Part shown: positions 16,761 through 29,613 of the stretch, piece by piece | Layout: every line of letters starts with the position of its first letter | Numbering within the stretch: position 1 is the first letter of the stretch | Source of the DNA: Eledone cirrhosa | Lineage: Eukaryota | DNA: 64,000 bases | Assembly (NCBI GenBank): GCA_964016885.1 | Contig: OZ024740.1 | Coordinates: forward strand, 117,304,001 to 117,368,000 | Reading direction: 5' to 3' | Made by a program: the position numbers and the translations under genes | Notes under the pieces: generated by a model | What the model saw: the letters and a program-made list of their open reading frames with translations, nothing else | Told to the model about the DNA's origin: nothing | Databases searched by the model: none

Positions 16761-17240
16761 ATAAATATAAGTATGTATACGTACATACATATATGTATAC
16801 AGACGTACAGTAGTATGTATATATATATACATACATGCACACATATATATATATATATGTACGTATGGATTCACCAAACATTTATTATAATGCTCGGTGC
16901 GCTTGTAAACAAACATCCCGAATTAAGCCGTACAGTGTCTTGCAACCATCGTTGCTCTTTTATTCAACACTGGCAGGAAGGCATACGTTGCTGACGATAG
17001 CTAATAAGCTTGAAACTAGTACAGCATTCCTTTGTCAGTGTTGAACAAAAGAGCAACGATGGTTGCTAGACACTGTACGGCTTAATTCAGGATGTTTGTT
17101 TACAAGGACACAGAGCATTATAATAAATGTTCATTGAATCCATACGTACATATATATATATGTGTGCATGTATGTATATATATACATACTACTGTACGTC
17201 TGTATACATATATGTATGTACGTATACATACTTATATTTA
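16761..17240. repeat. Long inverted repeat (arms about 210 bp) with an HHR in the spacer
   Basis: 16761-16974 is the reverse complement of about 17034-17240, including the microsatellite-like outer parts. Confidence 0.92.
16987..17025 (+). ncRNA. Minimal type I hammerhead motif at the hairpin apex
   Basis: GUUG-CUGACGA-U-AGC-uaauaa-GCU-U-GAA-ACUAGU-A-CAGC. Palindromic stem III, GUA triplet, predicted cut after 17021. Confidence 0.72.
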
Positions 17241-17306
17241 AGTAACAGCCGTACTAAGAGTGAGAAATGAAATTTCGTTTCATTTTTTCCGTTTATATAT
17301 ACATAT

Positions 17307-17834
17307 ATGGTGGCTGCCAACTCGTTTTCGAGTACGGCCACTACTTTATATCCATGTAGGAGAACCCCTACCGAAGCGCTGAACGAGTGTGACTTTTTAG
17401 TCCAGCCAGCGACTTGAAACCTCTGGTACAAACACTACACTTGTGACAATTATTGACACATAGTGCTGGGCCCATGGTACCATGTGAGGACAAGTGCAGA
17501 GAGATCTCCAGATACAAAGCCAGTCCCACTCTCTTAACCAAGATGATATTTACCAAAAAGAAGAACAAGTCAACATCATTGGATACCATCAGGGTTGCAG
17601 GTGTTATATCAGAGTTTTCCTTCTCTTAGAATTCTGCCTTGACAAAGGCTAAGGGGTCATCTCTCCCGGTGATTTTGGATGGCCATTGACTCTTAAGAGC
17701 TCCTTTGCCCATTGACAGGTTTTGTTTTTAGTCCTGCAGGATGTCCAAAGTCACCCTCCTCACCAAGAAACCTTGGTGGGGTTGCCAGTTTAGTCGCCAA
17801 CGACCCGACCATGAGACAGGTTGTACTGGGATAC
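17307..17834 (-). mobile_element. Second copy of the RTE-like derivative
   Basis: Colinear with 2672-3250 apart from an internal deletion of about 55 bp. Confidence 0.65.
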
Positions 17835-18071
17835 ATATATATATATATATATATACACATACATATAGATATAAGTACATATATAGAATACATACATTAT
17901 ATATACACACATATATAGAATACATACATTATATATACACACATATATGATACATGCATTTATACACATACTCACACATGTGTGAGTGTTTGTGTGTAAA
18001 TGTATGTATCATATATGTGTGTACAAATATGTATATATATATATTGTATATTTATCTAAAAATATGTTTTG

Positions 18072-18109
<38 letters not shown>

Positions 18110-18195
18110 TACATACATACATACACACATATATACATAATATACGAATTCACCTCATATATTTATGGATATGTATATATATATATATATGTATA

Positions 18196-18320
18196 TATGA
18201 TTCCTCCTGAATGAAACAGTTCTACTCATGTAGAAGCCTTTACTATATTAAATATTTATACTCAGCTTTGTGTGTAGCACCGTACGTACTGTGGTAACCC
18301 CCGATTGAGCCCGGGATAAA
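18196..18320 (+). mobile_element. 5'-truncated copy of the 29079-family HHR followed by an inverted copy of the element 5' part
   Basis: ...auga-uuccuccugaau-GAAACAG-uucuacuc-AUGUA-GAAGCC, then a diverged reverse complement of 29020-29078. Other fragments at about 25858-25915 and 31087-31150. Confidence 0.6.
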
Positions 18321-18323
18321 CAG

Positions 18324-18401
<78 letters not shown>

Positions 18402-18630
18402 GCGTGCGTGCGTGTGTGTGTGTGTGTGTGCGTGCGTGCGTGGGTGTGTTAGATAATTCCGAAGGTAAAGCAAAGGAAAAAAGAGTGCAAAATATAACTA
18501 CTCTATTACCAAAGGTATCTGGATCATAGACTATAATAAAATACGTCTGGATAGGTCGTCAGACAGAGATGTAATATATTATATATATATATATATAATT
18601 ATATATATATATATATGTAATTATATATAT

Positions 18631-18667
<37 letters not shown>

Positions 18668-18932
18668 ACGTTTAACGTCCGTGTTCCATGCTTGCATGGG
18701 TTTGGACTATATATAATTATATATATATATATAATTATATATATATAATTATAATTATATATATATATATAATTATAATTATATATATATATATATAATT
18801 ATATATATATATATATATACAATTATATATATATAATTATATATATATATATAATTATATATATATAATTATAATTATATATATATATATAATTATATAT
18901 ATATATATAATTATATATATATATATATATAG

Positions 18933-18991
<59 letters not shown>

Positions 18992-19082
18992 TGCTCTACG
19001 GTTCTTATATATTTGATATATATTTATCCTTATCGAGCCCTCTTTGGATTTTAGTCTTCAAATTTATTATTATTACTATTAT

Positions 19083-19128
<46 letters not shown>

Positions 19129-19767
19129 CAGCTCAGCTGTCTGGCCCGACTCTTTTCAAGAATCGAAAGGATCGAGTACTCTGTTGAGTAATTGTTTCAA
19201 GCTCATTCTATTCTAATTTTCATCTCACTCTCTCTGTATATATATACATATATATACATATATATCCATATATATATATATATAATGAAGGAAATGTGGT
19301 AAGGAACCAGATGGCCCATAACGCATCAAAGTAGTCAATACTTAGGGTAGTAGAGTGGGTAATAGGAACGAGTAGGACTCGTTCCTATATATATATATAC
19401 ATATATACATATCCATAAGTACATAATGTGAATTCGTATATTATATACATACATATATGATCATCATGTTATATACATATACATATATACATTCATATAC
19501 AATGTTGTAGTATTACACCAAAATACAAAAACAGGAACAGTTTTCATTAAAGTAAAAAAACCTTTCTCTAAATTCCTCCAAGATTTCCCGGATATGTCTC
19601 CTTAAACTCTCTACTTCAGTGATTCGTGGTGTCCAAATCATGATTTAAAAACATAGCCAGGTGTTTATTTTAAGTGAGACAAGTCCTGGGATAATAATGG
19701 CCGAAACCTATCAAAATTATCAAACTTATATACATACATATATTTATTCAAGTACACATATATATAT

Positions 19768-19966
19768 AACGAAGGAGGTGTGGTAAGGAACCAGGTGGAC
19801 TATAACGCACCAGAGTAATCAATACTTAGGGTAGTAGAGTGGGTAATAGGAACATGTTCAAGACCCCGACGGCAGAGCTCAAGCCGTTTCGACGGCTATT
19901 TCTGGTCCAGAAATAGCCGTCGAAACGGCTTGAGCTCTGCTGTAGGGGTCTTGAACATTTTCCTAT
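19768..19966. mobile_element. Short fold-back copy of the 56858 family; palindrome centred in HHR stem II
   Basis: gagctcaagccgtttcgacggctatttctgg-t-ccagaaatagccgtcgaaacggcttgagctc; flanked by TA repeats. Confidence 0.85.
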
Positions 19967-19982
19967 ATATATATGTGTAAAC

Positions 19983-20077
<95 letters not shown>

Positions 20078-20290
20078 ATATATATACACATATATATGTA
20101 TATATGTATATACATATATATATATATATACATATACACATATTCATATATGTATATATACATATTCATATACACATATTCATATACACATATTCATATT
20201 CATATATACATATAAACATATATACATATATATATACATGTACATATATACAATATATATATACATATATTTATATATACATATATATAC

Positions 20291-20350
<60 letters not shown>

Positions 20351-20392
20351 ATACTATATATGTATATACTATATAGTATATAATATATAGTA

Positions 20393-20643
20393 TATAAGAT
20401 ACTATTTTAACAATGAAAATCATAACAACAAAGTCAAGTTCGACATATTAACTGATCTATAGCAGTTATATAACTATACTATCAGACTTCTTATACAGTT
20501 TCGATCAGAGCGTCTTCTTCGGAAACTGCTTTAGATATTTCAATATTATCATCCCTCCGAAACGATCGTAAAACAATGATATGGATTGGTAAAATAACTT
20601 GACTTTGTTGCTATTATTTTCATTGTTAAAGTAATATCTTATA
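20393..20643. repeat. Inverted repeat (arms about 55 bp) enclosing degenerate HHR-like pieces
   Basis: aagatactattttaacaatgaaaat...aaagtcaagtt pairs with aacttgactttg...ttttcattgttaaagtaatatctt. Inside are GAAACGATCGTA (+) and CCGAAGA..GAAACTGTA (-). Confidence 0.7.
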
Positions 20644-20965
20644 TCAGACTCTGTATCTAATGAATTAACGGAGCACGGAAGCTTTCTATGGATTTCACTG
20701 GATTACTCTCTATCAGATTACTTTGATATCTATCTATGGTAAGGACCCTACAACGAAGGGTAGACCACATTGAAAAACAATATATATACAAAAAATTCTC
20801 TTCCATATACCTCGCTGAGAAACAACTAGAATCATATAAATATATATAATGATATTAATAAATGTACACACTAATAGAAAGAATCAAATCAGGATCGTCT
20901 CTAGTTCACTGAGCTTCCTTTGTTGAGTAACTTAATCAATATGTATAATATTATGTATAGATTCA

Positions 20966-21056
<91 letters not shown>

Positions 21057-21163
21057 AGGAGGTGAGTTTTATTGTAGTACAATAAAGCAATGTAGATATC
21101 GGATATGTTGATTTAAAACTGCACTATTCACAAGTGTTTTTTAACCTTCATATCATGTCTCCC

Positions 21164-21234
21164 TATTTTATCTGACGAAAACGCAAATGTCATCGCATAA
21201 TGATATTTGTTTTTGAAATGCGCATAATAAAATA
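21164..21234 (+). ncRNA. Intact type I hammerhead motif in element about 21128-21268 ending in (TA)n
   Basis: UAUUUUAU-CUGACGA-AAA.GCAAAUGUCAU/AUGAUAUUUGU.UUU-GAA-AUGCGCAU-A-AUAAAAUA. Perfect 8-bp stem I, palindromic stem III, predicted cut after 21226. Confidence 0.85.
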
Positions 21235-21264
21235 CATGGAACTCTTTTAACCATCTTTTGATCT

Positions 21265-21310
<46 letters not shown>

Positions 21311-21314
<4 letters not shown>

Positions 21315-21741
21315 AAAGCTTGTATTGAGTTAGAAACTCAAAATTGTCTCATTACAGTAAATTAGCTCTAGGAAAAAGGCTTTTCCGAGCCTGAAAAAAA
21401 AGGAAAAAACGAACACAGACATATACATATATGTGTTCAAATCATAATGGACCAAAATCGCTAAGGTGAAAAGATACTAACTACAGACAATAGGGTTTGC
21501 TGGACTCAATTTAAGAACAAATTAAGAAAAATAAATACAAACCAGCATTGTGGTAACTACCATAACTGTAGTTAGTACTTTTTCACTTTAGCGATTTTGG
21601 TCCATTACGATTTGAACACATATATATATATGTCTGTGTTCGTTTTTTCCTTTTTGTTCAGGCTCGGAAAAGCCTTTTTCCTAGAGCTAATTTACTGTAA
21701 TGAGACTATTTTGAGTTTCTAACTCAATACAAGCTTTTGAT
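21311..21741. repeat. TA-flanked fold-back element (arms about 175 bp, spacer about 80 bp)
   Basis: 21311-21486 is the reverse complement of about 21566-21741. No intact HHR core found. Confidence 0.92.
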
Positions 21742-22094
21742 ATATATATATATATATATATACATGCATATATAGGGCTGTCTGAGTATAAAAATATATA
21801 TTTTTATGTGCACACATATTTTCACGTAGAACACTATCTTCTAATATGTGATCTACGTAAGATGGGGAAGAGGGGAGAAAGGATCTACAATACGTGAGAT
21901 ATTTCTTAATATTAAAGTATACTAAAAACGATTTTGACAACTGTTTTGTAACAAGTGGGTTTGTGCTTGTGATTATATATACATGTATGTATGTATGTAT
22001 GTATGTATGTATGTATGTATGTATGTATGTATGTATGTATGTATGTATGTATGTATGTATGTATGTATGTATGTATGTATATATATATATTATA

Positions 22095-22146
<52 letters not shown>

Positions 22147-22584
22147 CGTGTGTGTGTGTATGTGTGTGTGTGTACATACATTCATAATACATATATACAT
22201 ATATATATACAAATACATGTATATGTACATATACATATATATGTACATATATATACATATATGTATATATATACATATTCATATATACATATGTATATAT
22301 ACATATATACATATATATATATATATAAATACATTACATACATACATATATATATATAATTATTTATTCATACACACACACACACACATATATATATACT
22401 TGTATATACATTATATATATATATATATATATATACATAAATATATATACACATATATATACAAATATATATACACATATATACATAAATATATACAATA
22501 TATATTTATACATACATATTCATATATATATATATATTTATACATACATATTCATATATATATATTTATACATACATATTCATA

Positions 22585-22650
<66 letters not shown>

Positions 22651-22700
22651 CATATATATATATATTAAATATACATTCGCAGGCACGTGCACACACATGC

Positions 22701-22732
<32 letters not shown>

Positions 22733-23093
22733 ATATTTATATATATATATATATATATATACATATATATATGTTCCTAATCTAATTTAGTTTGTCGTAT
22801 TGTATGAAAAGATAAATGAGGGGGAAAAGGCGGTGGAACGCTGATAAAACTGCTACTGTTTTAGGGTGTTCCTGAATTTTACCATCCTTGACACGCTCGT
22901 TAGAACTTAAAAAAAAAAAAAATAGGTTGAAATATTCACAAAATACAATGTGTTTAAAACACTAACTAAAACATATACATAATATATATATGCCGAGGTT
23001 AAATTTGCCTTTCATCCTTACGAGGTCGATAAAATAAAGTATCAGTAATATACTGGGTATTTGCTGGCCTTGCGCCAAAAGTAGAAACAATTA

Positions 23094-23171
<78 letters not shown>

Positions 23172-23215
23172 ATACACATACACACACATGTATGTGCCAA
23201 AAGTAGAAACAATTA

Positions 23216-23251
<36 letters not shown>

Positions 23252-23272
23252 AGATACACATACACACACATG

Positions 23273-23313
<41 letters not shown>

Positions 23314-23329
23314 GTGTGTGTATGTGTAT

Positions 23330-23368
<39 letters not shown>

Positions 23369-23488
23369 CATACACATACACGTATATATATATATATATA
23401 TATATACATACATCTGTGTGTATGTGTATCTTATATATATATATATATATATAGATAGATAGATATACATATGTGTGTGTATGTGTAT

Positions 23489-23530
<42 letters not shown>

Positions 23531-25493
23531 ATACACATACACACACATATGTATGTATATCTATATATATATATATACATGTGTGTATGTGTGTGTGTGT
23601 ATCTTAAGGTTTATCGAGATATCCGGATGTTAAAATCCATACATGGAATCGGTATATAATATACACACATACATGTCCGATAGAATATAAGTGAAACGTG
23701 TACTCCATCTATTTATTTAGTGTACTATTATATAAATTAAGTTACGGCCCTTGCCATTCTGAGTTCAAATCCCGCCATGGTTAACTTTGCCTTTCATCCT
23801 TACGGGGTCGATAAAATAAAGTACCAGTAATGCACTGGATAATTGCTGGCCTTGTGCCTAACGTAGAAACAATTATTTAAATTTAGCAAAATTCTATACT
23901 CGAGTCTACATGTGAATCTACAGAGTTGCTCGGCTTGCTAGATATAGCACATAAATTTCCCTCAAATCTCATGCTATCGTTTTTTGGAAGGGGTTGGTTA
24001 AATAATGTGTCCCTGGGTCCTCTCTACACATTAAATATACTGGGATGATCATAGGTCTGCTCAACCAGACTCCTCTGAACCCGAAACACCACCAGAACAA
24101 CAGCAATGAGAACAACTGCAATCTTCCACGCAATTAGGGTCATGTATTCAATTAATGTTGTCTGGGAAGAAAGTCGCTACTCTAACACCAACCCCGTTCA
24201 CACAGTTAAATCTTTCAAAATACTATTAGAGAAGATTAATGAGAGAATGATAGTGAAAATATTACTGCGCGTGGAATATTTGTTAGGATGTTGGATTCAC
24301 AAACATAATGTGTAGGCTCGATTCCTAGACCAGGTGAGGCGTCGTATTATTTTGCAAATGGCATCATCTCCCGTTCCTTTCCTTAATGGATCTTAGGATA
24401 TCCTAAGTACAGTCGAGATACCTATGAGATGCAACCCCGCATAAGGCAGGGTAAACCTATATACTCGTGGGTTGTAAATATCTAAAGAACTTCAATCTCT
24501 AACTAAAAAAAATCACACAAAAACAATCACATTTTTTTTAAATAGTAAAAAGGTAATGTATTTAAAACTATAAATTTAGACCGTTAAAGATATAAGAAAA
24601 TATACTTAAATTCTTGGTTAAGCCATTTTCTCTTACACTAAATTGTCACTTAATTTTTACAGTAACTTTATTACCGTTCACCAAGTTAAACATGGTGTGA
24701 TTTGAACTCAGAATATTTTGCTCATTCTATTACAAAATTCGCTAACCAATATTGATCAACTTTTAATCGAAGACAAACATATAAAGATAATAGGGTCGTT
24801 GGAGCACCGTCACGACACTCAGGTTTTCTAGGCTTTCTAAACATGGTGGATCTCATCCACACCCGTTCGGATCAGAGCCAATTCCTATAAGGGAGTGGGG
24901 AAATCAAACCAAGTACTGGACTTGTACAAAGATCTCTTCCATCATTCGAAGGCCCCACATTATTGGAGAGGATAGTGTACTGAATCGATCCCTTGTGTTA
25001 TCCATACTATTTAATCGACACCGGAAGGATAACTTACAAAGGTTAACGACTACGATTTGATATCATAATTGTTTACTTTTGGCACAAGGCCAGCAATTAC
25101 CCAGTGTATTACTGGTACTTTATTTTATCGACCCCGTAAGGATGAAAGGCAAAGTAAACCTCGGCGGGATTTGAACTCTGATCATAAAGGGACGTAACTC
25201 TATGCTTCAAAGCATGGTGTCCGACTCTCTACCGATACTGCCAATCCACAATGTTGCTGAAATAGGTAACTCTGGTCCTCTGACTATAGGTGCTTTCATA
25301 TCCGATAATGAATGTAAGAAATGTCGAATAAAAAAACAATATATAAAAACAAAATACACTGATATGATCAATGAACATGACTGCAAATTGGAGGAACTCA
25401 GGACGAAGTACACGCGTTAACGTAATCGATCCGAATCAAAGAGTTTGAGAATTTGACGACAAAAAAGCAATATGAAATACTCTAAAGTGAGGT

Positions 25494-25552
<59 letters not shown>

Positions 25553-25775
25553 AAAGTGAGGGTTTTTTTACAAAATGAAAAATAACCGAGGTGTCCTACA
25601 CGAGTGAAAGTATAAGGAAAAAAGATGAGATGGAAAATGCAACTGGAGTCTTCTTTTTTTTAAATATATATTTATTTGGTTCCTTTACCGATTTCGCAGT
25701 TCTTCTGCTTTTCAAAAGTAGAATTGAGATGGAGGATCTGTGGTTTTTCTTACATTTATATACATATAAATATAT

Positions 25776-25841
<66 letters not shown>

Positions 25842-26585
25842 GTTTTATATTAAACGTGTTTATTCTCTACTAATTTATTGAGTACCATACTTACTGTGGT
25901 TACCCCCGATTGACCCCCCCACACACACACACACAAACACACACACAATATATATTTTTAAAAAAGTTTTCATTTATATATATATATATATAAATGAAAA
26001 CATTTTTTTTTCTCTATTCTCGTCTATGAATATATCATAAAGATGCCGATATATTCTGTTTCAAGATCTGTTAAACTTTCGTCAATAACACTCAGAACAT
26101 TCTGGCATGGAATCGACCCTAGTCTGTCAAGAATTTTGCGTGATGATCACTTGCTGGCGATGCTCATTTGTATATAGCAAATAGAAAGGATTGGCCGGAA
26201 GTGGTCATTTGCATACAGTGCAAGTTTGGTTTGCTATAATACGTTTATATAAAATAAATCCATTTTCTTCAGCGGCGCGGCTATCCGTATGTTTATTATA
26301 TATAAACGTATTATATGCATGTATTATATATTTTTATATATGTTTATATGTTTTATGCATGTATTATTTATTTTTATATATTTTTATATGCATGTATTAT
26401 ATATTTTCAGAAGATCCCGTATAGGGTGACAGCAAAAATTGTGTACTAATGATAAATATTTTGTCTAGGGATATATATGTCTATATATGTCTATATATGT
26501 CTATATATATATATATATATATACAATCCTTATCGAGCCCTCTTCGGATCTTGGTCTTTGCATTTATTATTACTATATTTATATA

Positions 26586-26780
26586 GGGCGGTGGATTGGC
26601 AGTATCGGTTGAGGGCCGGGCGCCATGCTTTGAAGCATAGAGTTACGTCCCTTTATTATCTGAGTTCAAATCCCGCCTTGGTTAACCTTGCCTTTCATCC
26701 TTACGGGGTAGATAAAATAAAGTACCAGTAATGCACTGGGATAATTGCTGGCCTGGTGCCAAAAGTAGAAACAATTATTA
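26586..26780 (+). mobile_element. tRNA-derived SINE, near full length, of the dominant family
   Basis: A-box-like TGGCAGTATCGG, B-box GAGTTCAAATCC, body ttgcctttcatccttacggggt.gataaaataaagtaccag, tail gctggcc.tgtgccaaaagtagaaacaatta. Other copies at about 10958-11080, 22992-23092, 23742-23875, 30908-31003, 36956-37140 and 38915-39040 (+), and 25066-25250, 33678-34065, 34400-34480, 36345-36410, 37985-38160 and 63335-63385 (-). Confidence 0.85.
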
Positions 26781-27394
26781 CTATATTTATATATCATTTA
26801 AACTGATCCAGCTATCGGACTAAGCCCATACTTTGTGGTTCTACCCATGTCAAACATTTTAACATCATACTAAAGATCTGGGGTCTAATGAACTATGTAT
26901 TGCAGTATCCTCATATTAGATGTGGAACTTGAGGATTTTGACATTACGCAATGACGTCTTGTCTGGGATTGATTCAGCTATCAATGCCGAAGATTGGGGT
27001 AAGCCCATGTAGGATGTTCCATGTATATATTACTTCATATCTTCCCCGATTTTGGCTCCAGTGAGTAGATAATTCTTTCAGACACTCCCATTAGCTCAGT
27101 TCATTGAGGTCATTTACTTGCGTGCGCGCACGTTTGTGTGCTTCTGTGTGGGTAAATTGCCTCAACGAGCTGAGTTAATAAGGGTGCCTGAAAGAACTGT
27201 CTAAAACACATATTTATAGATATATATACCTACGTATGCACAGAGATAGATATATATGACAGTATGCACTCTTGGCGTAGTCCTGGACCAACATTAAATA
27301 GTTTCAAATTAGCTTGATTTATCCCAACAAATATTAGAGGCTTCCGGGCAACAAGTCGCTGGCCATCGATCCCATGCTCCTGTAGAATCTTCCA

Positions 27395-27740
27395 CAACAT
27401 GGAATATCATGGACAGAATTGATATGTGCAACGGGGCTGGAAGTGGTATTAAGACTGGAAGTAGCCAGGAATTTGTAGACGACATGGTACTATTTAACTG
27501 GACAGGTGATCTCCGGCATGCCTGTGATAGCTTTGGTGCTGAGTACTGCACGATAGAAATGAAACTCAGTGCGGCGAAGACAGACATTCGCCTCCTCAAA
27601 GAAGCCTGCACAGTGCGTTCTACATGTCAGTGGAGGTGGACAAGTTCAAGTATCTCGGGGTCATGCTCATGAGTGATAGAAGGCAGCAGGCTGAATTAAG
27701 TGCAAAAATTGCAGGGGCTGGTGCGTTAATGCAAGGGCGG
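27395..27740 (+). pseudogene. Non-LTR (RTE-like) reverse transcriptase fragment
   Basis: EFVDDMVL (F/YADD motif), then MKLSAAKT, then after a frameshift VEVDKFKYLGV. Confidence 0.75.
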
Positions 27741-27820
27741 TGCCCCAGCATGGCCTCAGCCGGATGGCTGGAATAGGTAAAAGAGTAAAAGGGTATATAT
27801 ACTTTATATATATATATATA

Positions 27821-27940
27821 ACAAAGGAATTGTGGTAAGGAACCAGATGGACCATAACGCACCCAGAGTACTCAATACTTAGGGTAGTAGAGTGGGAAAT
27901 AGCCGTCGAAACGGATTGAGCTCTGCCGTCGGGGTCATAC
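27821..27940. mobile_element. Rearranged copy of the 56858 family (terminal segment plus 3' half of the HHR)
   Basis: ggtaaggaaccagatggaccataacgcac...gtagagtggg joined to tagccgtcgaaacgg...gccgtcggggtc. Confidence 0.75.
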
Positions 27941-28014
27941 TTTTTCTTATATATATATATATACATACATACTTTATATACATACATATACATACTTTAT
28001 ATATATACATACAT

Positions 28015-28052
<38 letters not shown>

Positions 28053-28264
28053 CATACTTTATAAACGTATTGTTATAACTCTGGGGTATTATTCTCCATC
28101 GAGTGCTAAGCTGTATTCCGAATCTGCATCCGTTAGCTTGGCCGCAGCCAAAAGCTTCGTTGATGCTGTACTAAAATTTGTATATATATATATAAATGAA
28201 GTAATTCCGTCGGAAAAGTCCAGGAAAAAAGAGTGCTCTCTGTAGGTAACAGAGCTTAGTAATA

Positions 28265-28382
28265 ATGTAATAAACAACATAAGGCAATTATTCCATTTAC
28301 CAGTGGTTTCTTAAAAGCAAAATGTTTTGCTTTTAAGAAACCACTGGTAAATGGAATAATTGCCTTATGTTGTTTATTACAT
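28265..28382. repeat. Perfect palindrome with arms of about 58 bp
   Basis: atgtaataaacaacataaggc...aaagcaaaa-tg-ttttgcttt...gccttatgttgtttattacat. Confidence 0.92.
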
Positions 28383-28414
28383 AACTATATATATATATAT
28401 ATATATATATACGT

Positions 28415-28451
<37 letters not shown>

Positions 28452-28527
28452 CGTACACACACACATATATATATGAGTGTGAGTGTGTCTGAATGAGTAA
28501 AAAACAACATTGGTGCGTGTGCGTGTG

Positions 28528-28601
<74 letters not shown>

Positions 28602-28792
28602 GATATATTTTTGTGTTGTGCATATGTATAATTGAACAGTTATAAATCTGTTCTCACTAACCTATAATTTTTGAATGGTAGTGTTTAGTCGAATAGAAAA
28701 TATATTATAATGTAATATGTTAAGTTACGATAGTACCATACAACCTTTCACAAAAAGCTGCAATTCTTATTGTGTGTGTGTGCAAATCTTAT

Positions 28793-28846
<54 letters not shown>

Positions 28847-29078
28847 ATATGGAGAATAGGATAGCTGTGTAGCTGCTAGTAAAGTTAGGCTTAAAAATGG
28901 AATGAGAATAAAAAGAAAGCAAGAACTTCCCTCATCAGTTATCTACTGGGGAGTCTCAACGCTATAAAGACACTATATCTATCCGTATATATATATATAT
29001 ATATATATATATACGTAGGTCCCGGGTTGAGTCAGGGATAACCACAGTAAGTAAGGTACTCAATACATGGCAGAGTAA

Positions 29079-29129
29079 AGCTTCCTGAAGATTTCATCTG
29101 AATGAAACAGTTCTAGTCCTGTAGAAGCT
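29079..29129 (+). ncRNA. Type I hammerhead motif in TA-flanked element about 29014-29146
   Basis: AGCUUC-CUGAAGA-U-UUCAUCUGAA-U-GAA-ACAG-uucuaguc-CUGU-A-GAAGCU; GUA triplet at 29121-29123. Confidence 0.72.
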
Positions 29130-29140
29130 CCTTCTATACA

Positions 29141-29217
<77 letters not shown>

Positions 29218-29508
29218 AGGTTGTATGGTACTATCGTAGCTTAACATTACATTATAATATATTTTCTATTCGACTAAATAAATAAATATATATATATATT
29301 ATATATACACAAAAAGAATTGCACCTTTTTGTGAAAAGTTATTGCATATTACAATTGTTTCTATATCGATCAGCTCGGATTTGATCAGATCGCAACTCTT
29401 AACCTACACTTCTTCAGATATACGAGTTTACATGGGTGGTCCCATCCAAATTGTTGGCATATGTCCCGTGTTCGTTTTACATACATGTGATTGAGTTGTG
29501 GTGGGTGG

Positions 29509-29554
<46 letters not shown>

Positions 29555-29580
29555 GTGTGTGTGTGTGTGTGCGTGTGCGT

Positions 29581-29613
<33 letters not shown>

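Noticed and set aside
26586-26680. tRNA gene
   Set aside because: The A and B boxes belong to a SINE head; there is no cloverleaf and the sequence runs into the SINE body.
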